Below are positions 1 to 11,401 of a stretch of 64,000 nt of DNA, one piece after another. The notes under the pieces are model-generated. The model searched no databases, was not told where the DNA came from, and saw only the letters and a list, made by a program, of their open reading frames with translations. This DNA comes from Obrimoposthia wandeli (taxonomy: Eukaryota), in contig CDROCS010002451.1 in the NCBI GenBank assembly GCA_977020255.1, forward strand, positions 558,001-622,000, in the 5' to 3' direction. Position 1 is the stretch's first letter; the number at the start of each line of letters is the position of its first letter. The translations under genes were made by a program, and so were the position numbers.

Positions 1-1
1 T

Positions 2-226
2 TCCAATATTGGTATTTCCATGACTGATTTCAGAGATAAATATAGTCTTTTCACATTTGTTCTTAGTCCTGATTTTGATATTAATCAAACTCAAGTTCCG
101 AAGCAGGGAAATCTAAAAGTAGAAATTAAGTTTAAGAAAGCCCTAATTAAACCAACGAATATCATCATTTATGGAGTTTTTGATTCTGAGATTCAAATCA
201 CTAAAGGTGGAACTGTGATAGTATAA
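2..226 (+). CDS. Major capsid protein (double jelly-roll, hexon-like), C-terminal fragment
   Basis: 58 of 68 aa identical to the C-terminus of the element B MCP (FTFxLSPDFDINQ...GNLKVEIKF...IIIYGVFDSE). Confidence 0.9.
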   Translation, partial: SNIGISMTDFRDKYSLFTFVLSPDFDINQTQVPKQGNLKVEIKFKKALIKPTNIIIYGVFDSEIQITKGGTVIV

Positions 227-257
227 ACGGAAGAAAGTACGCTGAAAAATAATAATA

Positions 258-633
258 ATGAAGTAAGAATATTAATTTATATAATATAACTAATTATAGT
301 TCAGATGAAATACTAATCAGCGGCAGAAAACTTCTCGACAGTGGATTTATTGGAGTCTATAGTCTTGATAATATCCCGGAATTTACTCGAACGGGAGGAT
401 ATATCATTAATACACAGTCATCGAATTTGGCTGGAGAACATTGGATAGCAATACATGTTGAACCAAAAGAAATTTTTGTTTTTGATCCCTTTGGGTTTTA
501 TTACCCATCAAAATTAGTATCTGCAGTGCTTGATTCTTCAAAACAAGTACATTTCAATAAGAAACATTATCAAAATGTTTTAACACAGACATGTGGACAA
601 CTTTGTCTGCTATGGTTAAAGTATAAACATTAG
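258..633 (+). CDS. Adenain-like cysteine protease, join(258..262,300..633)
   Basis: ATGAA|GTAAGA, 37-nt intron, TAG|TTCAGATGAA gives MNSDEIL.... Catalytic motifs GEHW, FDPFG, YQ and TCGQLC are present and the frame is open. Confidence 0.88.
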
Positions 634-669
634 ATATAAACAATTTCAAATAAAATAAATTGAACAAAA

Positions 670-1160
670 ATGTCTGTTTATTTTATCGATTTTGAAGCTT
701 TCATAGATTCAAATAAAGAATTCGTAATTAAAGAGCTATGTATTATGAATGTTGATAATATTTTGTTTCCTAAACATTATGTATTTAAAATGAAACCTAT
801 GTGGAACAAAATGGATTATTTTACAAACAGAATCAATAGATATTTAATCAAAAGATTTCATCATCTGAAACTAGTTGATGGTAATAGTTTCTTTAATCAA
901 ATTGAAATTAATCGATCAATTAAACGAGACTGTGATTTAGATAAATCTATTTTTTATGTTATTGATAAATATAATGGCTTTAAATTTCAAACCTTAAAGA
1001 AATACTTTCCTGAAATGAGAATTATAAATTATTCAAAAAGTTTAAAAGAAATTATTTAATCTAATATTAAATGTCCGTATATTGAACATGGGTCGCACTG
1101 TGCATATAAAAATGCTTTGCTGCATGTCTTGATTTCAAATTAACTATACTTAATAAATAA
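670..1160 (+). pseudogene. Conserved Polinton ORF with DEDD exonuclease-like N-terminus (IDFEAF) and Cys/His C-terminus; premature TAA at 1057 plus a frameshift near 1110
   Basis: Colinear with the intact element B copy (40543-41052). Sequence after the stop still encodes CPYIEHGSHCAYK. Confidence 0.75.
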
Positions 1161-1254
1161 TTATGTAATAAAAACCCATATTTTTATAAATACACACACA
1201 AAAGTATGCATATTTTAATTCTATACATGCTGACCTGTTGCGTCACATCATGCA

Positions 1255-1284
1255 TATAAAAGGATGCGATTGTATTTGTTCAGT
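1255..1284 (+). promoter_or_regulatory. Putative PolB core promoter: TATAAAA (1255) and Inr-like TCAGT (1280)
   Basis: Canonical ~27-nt TATA-to-Inr spacing, ~20 nt before the predicted ATG at 1301. A TGCGTCA bZIP-type site lies just upstream. Confidence 0.5.
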
Positions 1285-1300
1285 CTTTTACTTTTCAATT

Positions 1301-4300
1301 ATGAACAACGTAAGTTTTATTTCCTAATTTTATATTTTATTTAGTGTAATATTTACAAAACGCCATGCTATGATGTACGTCATGAGCAGTGCAAACAGAA
1401 GATGAAGTCGTACTACGGAAGGAATATGAACCGGTGTTAGTTCTACATCTGTCCGCAATGTGAAACTGCTGTTGAGCAGGAGTGGACCGATTTCATGAAC
1501 CAGCATCGTGATCATCAGGTGTTCTTCCAGACAAGATCCAAGCGAGATATATTTTTATCATCACAACAACAAAAGACAAATTCATCGGTTCCTGTCACTG
1601 CTTCTCCTGTTACTCTCGCAGCTTCTCCAGTTCCTGTCACTGCTTCTCCTGCTCAAGTTCCTGTCGCAGCTTCTCCAGTTCCTGCTCAAGTTCCTGTCAC
1701 TGCTTCTCCAGTTCCTGATGCAGCTGAATATGTTAGTAGAATTCCCACTATTTTACCAGCACCTACCCGCAAGCGAAGTGTTATGCCCACTTCAGGTAGC
1801 TCTGCTGCAAAATTTACTAGATTTGATCGTGTTAGGCGTAAGATGGGATTAAGAGGGACTTTGGAAACTTTATCATTAGATGTTTCTAATGATAATATGA
1901 CCGATTTAGTGGTTCCGGATAGTATTTTAGTTCAATTAAGGGATTCTATGCGGAAATATTCTACGTGTAAGGTCCAATTCGGAGTGTGTGTCGAATTCAT
2001 GAACGAATCCGAGAGACGCGCTTGGAATTTTTCTAATAAAGGACTTCCCTTCGATGATGGATTCATAGAAGCGGGAGTTGGGTTAATCAAGAAGAAGAAT
2101 GAGAATTACTCACAGTGTGGGAGTAATTGGACAGTGAGTAGGTTCCTAGAGATTTCGTTTGTTGTTACAAAAACAACAACGATGAACTATCTCCAGGGAA
2201 GTAGTTACATTCCTACTCCACCATTGTTAGCGCTCTCACATTGTGTGATAAATGTGCAGAACACTAACAACTTTTGCTTTTTATATAGCATATTAGCTTT
2301 GCTTTTCCGCGATGTATTTCGCACTAATCCTCAACGGGTTAATCAATATGATGGCCTGTTGAGTGAATTAGCTTTTGAGGAGGATGAGATGCCGATGCGT
2401 CTATGTAACATACCGCGATTTGAGAGAAAGAACCCTTCGCTCTCAATCAACGTATTTACTTTCAATAGCTTCGCGAATGGACAAACGGATAGGGAAATTT
2501 TCAAAATCCCTATGTGGATGTTATTTATAGAACTTCAAATCCGGAGGCTAGGCCAATAAACCTTCTTCTTTTAGAAAATAATGACAATTTTCATTATGTG
2601 GCCATTCCTAAACTCAATAGGTTACTGAATTATAGGAATAAAGGTGTATCGAATTGCATCCGGTGTACTTGGTGCCATAAGTGTCTCCACGGGTTCCGGA
2701 GACCGATAAGTTACGCCAAGCACGTTCCACTCTGTATGATGAATTTGGAGCATACAACACTCTATTCAATGCCTACAGATAAGTATATTGAGTTTACGGA
2801 CTTTTCCAAGACCATTTCTCCTCCGTTTGCTGTTTACGCAGACTTTGAGGCTGTGCTGCCACCACATGGGATTCATCATCAAATCCAGCTCCCAATCGCG
2901 GCCGGTATGCTCATGTCTCCCGTTGCAGCTACGATCGGGTACACACACGATTATTCGGTTTTCACATGAGAATCTTGTGTTGTTTTCTTTCTACAAAAAT
3001 TGGAGGAATTGGCAAAACACGTTGTTCTCCCATGGTATAAAAATCATGCAATCGAGGTGATGCGTCAACTTACACAGGAACAGGTATCGAGTTTCAATGC
3101 TGCAACAATTTGTTACCTGTGTAAGAAGAGGCTAGTTAACAAAGTTCGAGATCATGATCACATGACGGGCGAGTACCTCGGAGCAGCGCATTCAAAGTGC
3201 AACTTGTCAAGGAGACTGAACCGATCCTTTCCTGTGATTTTTCATAATTTGATGGGATACGATATGTACCACATACTTAAGCATGCGTTAAGTCAATTTC
3301 CGCACTGGAGTATCTCTGTCATTCCTCAATCGACAGAGAAATTTCAAGCTATGTTGGTGCATATTGATGGAGTCTGTATTCGGTTTATAGACTCATTACA
3401 GTTTTTGAACAGCGGACTTGGGAAACTGGTCGAGAATCTGGGTGTCACTCCTCTGACACATTCTGTTTTCCCACAACATTTGGTAAGCAGCAAGGGCATC
3501 TTTCCCCACGATATGGCTGTGTCAGAGACTGCTCTCCGTGCTATTACAAGTTTGCCACCAAAATGGAATGAGAAGATCAAGCCGAAAGAGTACAAGTTGG
3601 CAAAGAAGGTCTAGACTCAAAGCGGCTGCACATCACTCTGGGACTATATGCTGGTGTACATGAAGATGGACGTCTACCAGCTTGCTGACGTTTTCACGGC
3701 ATTCCGAAGCAAGGCCATCGCAGATGACGGACTGGAGCCACTCAATTTCTTCTCCATACCTGGTTTGTATTTTTCACTAAGTAAATTTAGCAACTTTTAG
3801 TAATTTATTTCCATTAATTAATTTTAGTTAATGCTTTGTAAATAATTGATTAAATATGTTTTAGTAGTTTGTCTGTATTTATATTTATTTTCTTCTCACA
3901 GGACTAACTTTTGCGAGTGCATTCAAGTCGCTGCTTCGTCCAGATTCCTCTGATTTTACTGTTGCTTCCACCTCTGCTGCACTTCCTGCTCCAGTTCCTG
4001 TGCCAGTCGAGCTAATCCAAGATCCGGAGATGTACAGTCTCTTCCGATCTGGGATTCGCGGTGGAATGACCTTTGTCAATGAACACCGCGTTGACGCCAT
4101 CAACGGTACTGAACATTTATACATTGACGTTAATAATTTGTACGGGTGGGCCATGTCCCAGTTTTTACCTTGTGGTAACTTTTCGTGGGTAACCGATAGA
4201 TTCATGTTGGGGAAAATTATTACTGAGCTTCAATCTACTGATCTCAGCTGTAGTCGCTTTGCTCATTTATTGGAGGTAGACATATCTATTCCTAATGAGC

Positions 4301-5364
4301 TACACAATAAATTTGATGACTTACCGCTTGCGCCAATTAAACAATGTCCACCTGGGAGTAAGATACCTAAATTATTATTAACACATTATCCTAAAAAACA
4401 TTATGTTGTTCATTCTAGATTGCTACAAATGTACGTTAGACTTGGTGCTAAGGTAGATTTTGTATATAGAGCAATACAGTTTGAACAAACTAATGTTTTT
4501 TCTAAATACATCGAGGATAACTCAGCAAAACGGGCTGCAGCTACAACAGATTTTGAGAAGGATTATTACAAACTGAAGGTAAATTCTTTATTTGGAAAAC
4601 TCATTGAGAATCTAATGAAAAGAATTAACCTTCGGATTTGTAATACTCCACAAAAGCTTGTTACCTATTGTAGTAAAGCGCACTTTCGTAGGACAATCGA
4701 AATCGATACAGACCATATCGCAGTTCTACTGAATAAGGAAAATATCGTTTTGGATCGTCCTAGTTATATAGGCCAGGCGGTTTTAGATTTAAGTAAACTT
4801 CGTATGTATGAGTTACAATATATGCAGTTGGAGAAATATCGAGTGCAATTTAACTGCGATATTAGAATTATAGCGGATGACACTGATAGTTTTTTCTTGA
4901 AGTGTAATAATGTAAATGTTCAAGAATCATTGTTACCTGCTATGATTGCTGATGGGCTGTTGGATACCTCGAAATTTCCAGAACATCATCCGCTTTATAC
5001 GACACGCAATACAGCGATAGGTAAATTTAAAGATGAGAGCAAGGGACTGTTTAGCTATAAGCAAGGAATATTTCTACGTCCAAAATCATATAGCTTAGAG
5101 ACTACAGAAGGAGAATCACAGATGAGAGCGAAGGGTATTAGTCTCCAACAAACTAACATACGACATGCTAATTACCTAGCAGTGTATGAGACTGGGATTA
5201 GTGGGCGAGTGCAACAACAACGCATAAGCTCGATAAATCACCAACTTTTTACAATTCATTTGAGTAAAATTGCACTGAGTAGTGCTGATGATAAACGTAA
5301 GTGGGTTGAGAAGAATCGATCGGTTGCCTACGGTCACTTTTTATACCCGGATGAAATTGTTTGA
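1301..5364 (+). pseudogene. Protein-primed family B DNA polymerase (pPolB), join(1301..1309,1345..3762,3902..5364), disrupted
   Basis: Motifs YADFE, FHNLMGYD, FIDSLQF, GIRGG, YIDVNNLYGWAM, KLKVNSLFGK, DTDS and RPKSY. Lesions by comparison with copy B: TAG 1438, -1 frameshift ~2507, TGA 2967, TAG 3612, and GDTDS changed to DDTDS. Confidence 0.93.
1588..1725 (+). repeat. Coding minisatellite (21-bp GTTCCTGTCACTGCTTCTCC(T/A)-type units encoding VPVTASP) in the PolB N-terminal linker
   Basis: About 5-6 imperfect in-frame units are visible; copy B has a different Ala/Pro/Val/Ser-rich linker at this position. Confidence 0.85.
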
Positions 5365-5839
5365 TCTTTTATTTTGTACATCGTTTTATTTATATTTCTT
5401 ACCCTATTCTTTGTGATTGTAAGTAATATATTTTGACATTAAATAATGTCTTGATTTTATTCTTATTTACAACTGTGTATTAACTACTATTTTCTTTAAA
5501 AATTATACTTAAAATAATATACATTAATTTTGATTTAACGAGTAATATATTTCTATGTAAAAGTTTATTTATAAAAATATTATTTTGAATGTTAAAATTT
5601 TCTTTCTAAAAAATTCAATGTAAATTATTATTCTAAAAATTTATAAGTTAAAACTTTCTTTATAAAAATGTTTAATTAAAAAAAAAAAAAATTTCTTTGT
5701 AAATTTTAATTGTTTTAAAAATAAAAATGTCGGAAAATTTTAAAAAATTCGCAAAAATTTAAAGATTAAAACAAAAATTAAAAATGTCGAAAATTTTGAA
5801 TATTAAAACAAAAAATCGAATAGTAAAACAAAATTTTGG

Positions 5840-6050
5840 CACGTGGCGTGGTTGCCATGGCAACACCAACGACGTAACACACACTTATGACGCAATATAC
5901 ACCACGATATGACGCAATACACACCACATGTTACACAAAACACAACCACGTATGGCGCAACACACCCGCATATGGCGCAATACACACATACTTATGACAT
6001 AATACACATCTGTTTATGACGTAATACACACATACTTATGACACACTACA
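5840..6050. promoter_or_regulatory. Subterminal motif cluster of element A: CACGTG E-box (5840), GTTGCCATGGCAAC X-box palindrome (5851-5864) and repeated ATGACG(C/T)AAT bZIP-like sites
   Basis: Motifs read directly from the sequence; any factor binding is inferred. Confidence 0.5.
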
Positions 6051-8077
6051 TACATGTTATTACATCATACACACCTTCACTTATGCTGGTACCCCCCCCT
6101 TCTCTCATACATTTTGTGCCAGAAATGCCACATCCCCTTACTCACTTAAATTGTGGTACTTTTCGACCTTCTTATCTAACCACAATTGACATATAGTCTT
6201 GGTGTGTTCCAAGTGGAGTATTAGTGTGCAGTTACTATTTAAATGCATCTTAAAAATATTATTTAATACACTATTACTACTGATTTATTTGTATAAATTT
6301 ACCAATGTATTACGCAAATTAACAAAGCTAACGACGATTGCAATATTCAATAGTATCTGAACGTTTAAAAACATAATTCATGTTTATTACAAGTGATTCT
6401 AATTTTTATGACTTGTTTGATGACAATCACAAAAGGTTGGATGCTTAGTTCCATAAAAGTATGTAAAAATTCAGTAGTTCCGTATATGAGCCATGACCCA
6501 AATTGCTGTAATAAGAGACGGAAGTTATTGTTTATGTTAAAAATTGTAAATATAAAATATTTAATACATCCCACTGAACTTCATTAACGGCGTTTGATTG
6601 CTGCCTCAAAATTGTCGAAGAGATTGGATCTCCTTGCTGATACTGCCGAAGTTTCTGGACGAGTGGCTTCTCGGTTCTGGTGGGAAGTACAGTCTTCCCA
6701 ATTCTCAATCGAATCCTGACTAGTCAGGTCGATATATTTGGATCTCTGTACCCCACATCTCACATCCATTGCTTCTTCTCTTGGAGTTGAGCTGGCCAAT
6801 GGTGCTTCTTCTTTTAACAGCTGCGCTCTTGCTGCTGCTTCTCCTTCGTTTCCTTCGCTCACCACCGATGAGTCTTGACTAACCTCTTAAGGACGGACGT
6901 TACATAAATGTAAGATGAACAAAATCAAGCATGTTGTACAAAAATATATTTCTAGAAAAATTCCAATTGAATTGTCATTTGATAATAACATCCAATCGCA
7001 TTTTAGTATTATATAATTGGATGTTGAATGTCGTACGGTTTTATATAAGTGACAGCAATCCTCGTACTTTTGTTTAAACTGTAACCGAAATTTTATTTTT
7101 CTGATGTTCATCAATAAATTTAGAAATATTATGCCAAACTTTTCAAAATATCAAATAAATTCAATTTAAATAAGGTTTTTAAATTAAAATGGAAAAACAA
7201 ACAACATATTGTTGAAATGTTTTCTATTTAATATTTTAATTGACCAATTTAATTAATAACGATTAATCTGTAATCCTCCTATAATGCCCCCAACGTCAGT
7301 TCTATAAAATTATGTTTTATTGATAGTCTTGGTAGTAGCCGGTTAGGCTAAATATGATTTCAGTTCAAAAACAGTTTGGCTGAGCCTAGACCAGAGAAAG
7401 TTTGCATTTAGGAGTTGGACGACTCTGCTTCGAATCGACTTTTCCGACAAACAGCACGGGTCGTTTTCTGATTGGGTGTCGGCCCTCCTTTAGATATTTT
7501 ACTACTTCTCGACTTGTTCAAGTCGCCAACAGTGATTAGAAGTGGAGAAAAACGAATTATGCAAATCTTCGATTAGAATTTGTTTATTACAACAAAATTA
7601 CACTTTCTGTTAAAGTTACGAGAAGGACTATGACAATTTCGATAAATAGGTGGACGTCTCCAGGCTCTTTGGGTGTATTATAAGATTTTCAGTTTTAATG
7701 TGTCTAAAATGAGGTGAAAATGTATTTTCGGGTTGGGAGAAGGGACGGTTAAGATTAAAAAACACTAATACGTTTCTTTTTGTATATAATTCATAATTTC
7801 ATATACAGTGATTTAGTGCCGATGGTATGGTACAGTCGATACACGTGAGGAAAAATTGGGAAATTTCATAAGCTAAATGTTAAGCCAAGAATCGTTGGTA
7901 ATAGCTCAAAATCGCTCTTGATGGACTTCAAGTATCTTATTCTCTTAATCTTCCCATCTGAGTTCACCACCTTGACCTCTGTACTATTCGCTGTCAGTAA
8001 ACTATTCTTGTGCAGTTGGAAAGTGTATATATGTCTCGAAAACTCGGACATGTGTAGAATTTTATACACACATGCAA

Positions 8078-8174
8078 GAAATTTCACTCCATACACACAT
8101 GCATGGTTTCTAAGGACAGAGATACCGTATCTCCTAGGGAGATGGGTGGATTAGACCGGAAACACCCACTTACT
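8078..8174. repeat. Orphan terminus of the AGTAG/6-bp-TSD element family (same family as 16338-16510)
   Basis: GAAATTTCACTCCATACACACATGC...GGATTAGACCGGAAACACCCACTTACT matches the right arm of the 173-bp element. No partner end was found in the window. Confidence 0.75.
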
Positions 8175-9235
8175 TCAGTACAGTTCTTATTGTATAAATT
8201 AACATTCAATTCTTTACCTCACCATCTCATCAAAAAGATCCTCTCTGAATGGTCTTCTTCAAATGGGTCTGGTCCACATGCTTCTCTATGAATGCATCTT
8301 CCGATATTCTTGAATGACTGTTGTCGCTGGCAATTCACCTAATCAATGTTTAATCTTCAACAATTATGTTAGGATTAGGATTTGATAAATATTAAATAAT
8401 TGGTTTAATTTATATCAAAATAAAAGCCTTGAAAGCAAGGTCATAAATTAAATAAAAATTGTATTATTAAATAAATTAATAAAATTAAGACGGTAATTAA
8501 ATATTAAGGACCACGAAGGTCAGGTGTAAGCGTGTGTTGTATTTAAGGGAATTTAAATTTAACCAAAAGGCCCCAAAAAAAGAAAGAATATTGAGAACAC
8601 AGAAGCCAATTAAGAATAATTGAGCCCAGTGGAAAAGGAGAAATCAAAAAAGGAACTTAATCCATTAGTGCCATTAGCGCCACTGAAGAAATCCCGAAGA
8701 ATCCATTCAGCGACATCGGCAATCCAGCAACTGAGAACGAGGACAGCCGCCATCATCTGGAGGTAAGAGCACTTATACTAAGTGCAAAATTATTAGTTAT
8801 GTAGACAGCAGAAGAAATCCATTAATTCAGTGTGTGATTATCACAGCCGTCATCGCCAGGATAGCAAAGATATAATTGTGATTACAAATACCTGATTCCG
8901 CAGAATTCCGAGAAAAAGTTGAGAATCATAAATTGAGTCGGTAAGAGTCATAAAAAGGAAAAAGAAATTAATTATATACAGGACAAACATCTGCACCTAT
9001 AACGAGCAAACAGAAGACAACAGATCGAAGGAACACTACAATTGAACTACTACGGAATCCAGAGCAACCCACCGAACTGGAATCTGCCGACATCGGAAGG
9101 AATCTGCCTGACATTCGAGGAAACATATCGAGGACCGGATCAGCAGCACACGAAGCCAGCATTCCCAACTATTGGTGAGGCAGAAATATAGATGCGTCTA
9201 TTGGTAACAGGCGAATCTGAAAATATATTCTAAAA

Positions 9236-11140
9236 AGATAAAGAGATTTTGATAAAGTAATCAGTTTTGTGTATAAAGATAAAGGAATTTGATATTTTGA
9301 TAAAGAAATCAGTTTTGCGTATAAAGAAAAAGGAATTTGATATTTTGATAAAATAATCAGTTTTTGCGTATAAAGATAAAGGAATTTGAGATTTTGATAA
9401 AGTAATCAGTTTTGCATAAAAATATAAAAGAATTTGATATTTTGATAAAGTAATCAGTTTTGCGTAAAGATAAAAGAATTTGATATTTTGATAAAGAAAT
9501 CAGTTTTACGTATAAAGATAAAGGAATTTGATATTTTGATAAAGAAATTAGTTTTGCGTATAAAGAAAAAGGAATTTGATATTTTGATAAAATAATCAGT
9601 TTTTGCGTATAAAGAAAAAGGAATTTGATATTTTGATAAAGAAATCCGTTTTGCGTATAAAGATAAAGGAATTTGATATTTTGATAAAATAATCAGTTTT
9701 GCGTATAAAGATAAAGGAATTTGATATTTTGATAAAATAATCAGTTTTTGCGTATAAAGATAAAGTAATCAGTTTTGCATATAAATATAAAATAATTGGA
9801 TATTTTGATAAAGTAATCAGTTTGAGTATAAAGATAAAGGAATTTGATATTTTGATAAAGAAATCCGTTTTGCGTATAAAGATAAAGGAATTTGATATTT
9901 TGATAAAATAATCAGTTTTGCGTATAAAGATAAAGGAATTTGATATTTTGATAAAATAATCAGTTTTTGCGTATAAAGATAAAGTAATCAGTTTTGTATA
10001 TAAATATAAAATAATTGGATATTTTGATAAAGTAATCAGTTTGCGTATAAAGATAAAGGAATTTGATATTTTGATAAAGAAATCAGTTTTGCGTATAAAG
10101 AAAAAGGAATTTGATATTTTGATAAAATAATCAGTTTTTGCGTATAAAGATAAAGGAATTTGAGATTTTGATAAAGTAATCAGTTTTGCATAAAAATATA
10201 AAAGAATTTGATATTTTGATAAAGTAATCAGTTTTGCGTAAAGATAAAAGAATTTGATATTTTGATAAAGAAATCAGTTTTACGTATAAAGATAAAGGAA
10301 TTTGATATTTTGATAAAGAAATTAGTTTTGCGTATAAAGAAAAAGGAATTTGATATTTTGATAAAATAATCAGTTTTTGCGTATAAAGAAAAAGGAATTT
10401 GATATTTTGATAAAGAAATCCGTTTTGCGTATAAAGATAAAGGAATTTGATATTTTGATAAAATAATCAGTTTTGCGTATAAAGATAAAGGAATTTGATA
10501 TTTCGATAAAATAATCAGTTTTTGCGTATAAAGATAAAGTAATCAGTTTTGCATATAAATATAAAATAATTGGATATTTTGATAAAGTAATCAGTTTGCG
10601 TATAAAGATAAAGGAATTTGATATTTTGATAAAGAAATCCGTTTTGCGTATAAAGATAAAGGAATTTGATATTTTGATAAAATAATCAGTTTTGCGTATA
10701 AAGATAAAGGAATTTGATATTTTGATAAAATAATCAGTTTTTGCGTATAAAGATAAAGTAATCAGTTTTGCATATAAATATAAAATAATTGGATATTTTG
10801 ATAAAGTAATCAGTTTGCGTATAAAGATAAAGGAATTTGATATTTTGATAAAGAAATCAGTTTTGCGTATAAAGAAAAAGGAATTTGATATTTTGATAAA
10901 ATAATCAGTTTTGCGTATAAAGATAAAGGAATTTGATATTTTGGTAAAATAATCAGTTTTTGCGTATAAAGATAAAGGAATTTGATATTTGGATAAAGAA
11001 ATCAATTTTGCGTATAAAGAAAAAGGAATTTGATATTTTGATAAAGTAATCAGTTTTGCGTATAAAGATAAAGGAATTTGATATTTTGATAAAATAATCA
11101 GTTTTTGCGTATAAAGATAAAGGAATTTGATATTTTACGA
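9236..11140. repeat. ~48-bp tandem array (AAAGGAATTTGATATTTTGATAAAGTAATCAGTTTTGCGTATAAAGAT), about 40 units with higher-order repeats
   Basis: Units are directly visible; variant blocks recur about 775 bp apart (e.g. 9381 and 10157). Confidence 0.95.
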
Positions 11141-11401
11141 AAAAAGAATATTTGATTTGGACATTTTTGAATTCGGAGTAAACCCATAATTGTCCATATT
11201 TTAGAGCAACAGCTCTGTAAAATCTATAAACTAAAATTGCCCGCATTTTTTAGAGTGAAGACTCTAGCGCCCAAGCAAACCTAAACTTAAAATCGATACG
11301 TGGATCATCCCCACTCGTGTAGAGACTTACGGAAGTCTTAGGAATTACTGTAACTTTTTAGAAATACGTACTTAAACGTATTGCTTTGTGTTAGTCTAGT
11401 G

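Larger units (their letters stand above)
1..6105 (+). mobile_element. Polinton/Maverick element A, right part (MCP end, adenain, DEDD-like ORF, pPolB, terminal region); continues left of the window
   Basis: Gene set and order are the mirror of element B. Candidate terminus ...ACCCCCCCCTTCTCT at 6105 fits the 5'-AG...CT-3' Polinton end rule. The other TIR and the TSD are outside the window, so the exact end is less certain than the identity. Confidence 0.9.

Noticed and set aside
1508-4205. Overlapping or antisense ORFs within PolB A (1508-1852, 2766-2948, 2788-3060, 3344-3595, 3885-4205) and their counterparts in PolB B, the hAT and capsid genes
   Set aside because: Shadow frames of GC-richer coding sequence with no recognisable domains.
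6584-8096. Minus-strand ORFs 6584-6865 and 7866-8096 between Polinton A and the orphan terminus
   Set aside because: No recognisable motifs and no partner terminus or TSD to define an element; left unassigned.
9236-11140. Regular array resembling a CRISPR locus, with GTTTTAGAGC-like text nearby (TTTTAGAGCAAC at ~11200 and ~31099)
   Set aside because: Units are contiguous with no unique spacers, no cas genes are present, the context is eukaryotic, and the array lies inside a TSD-flanked LTR.
10370-11246. ORF-track ORFs of 211 and 97 aa
   Set aside because: They are translations of the 48-bp tandem array.
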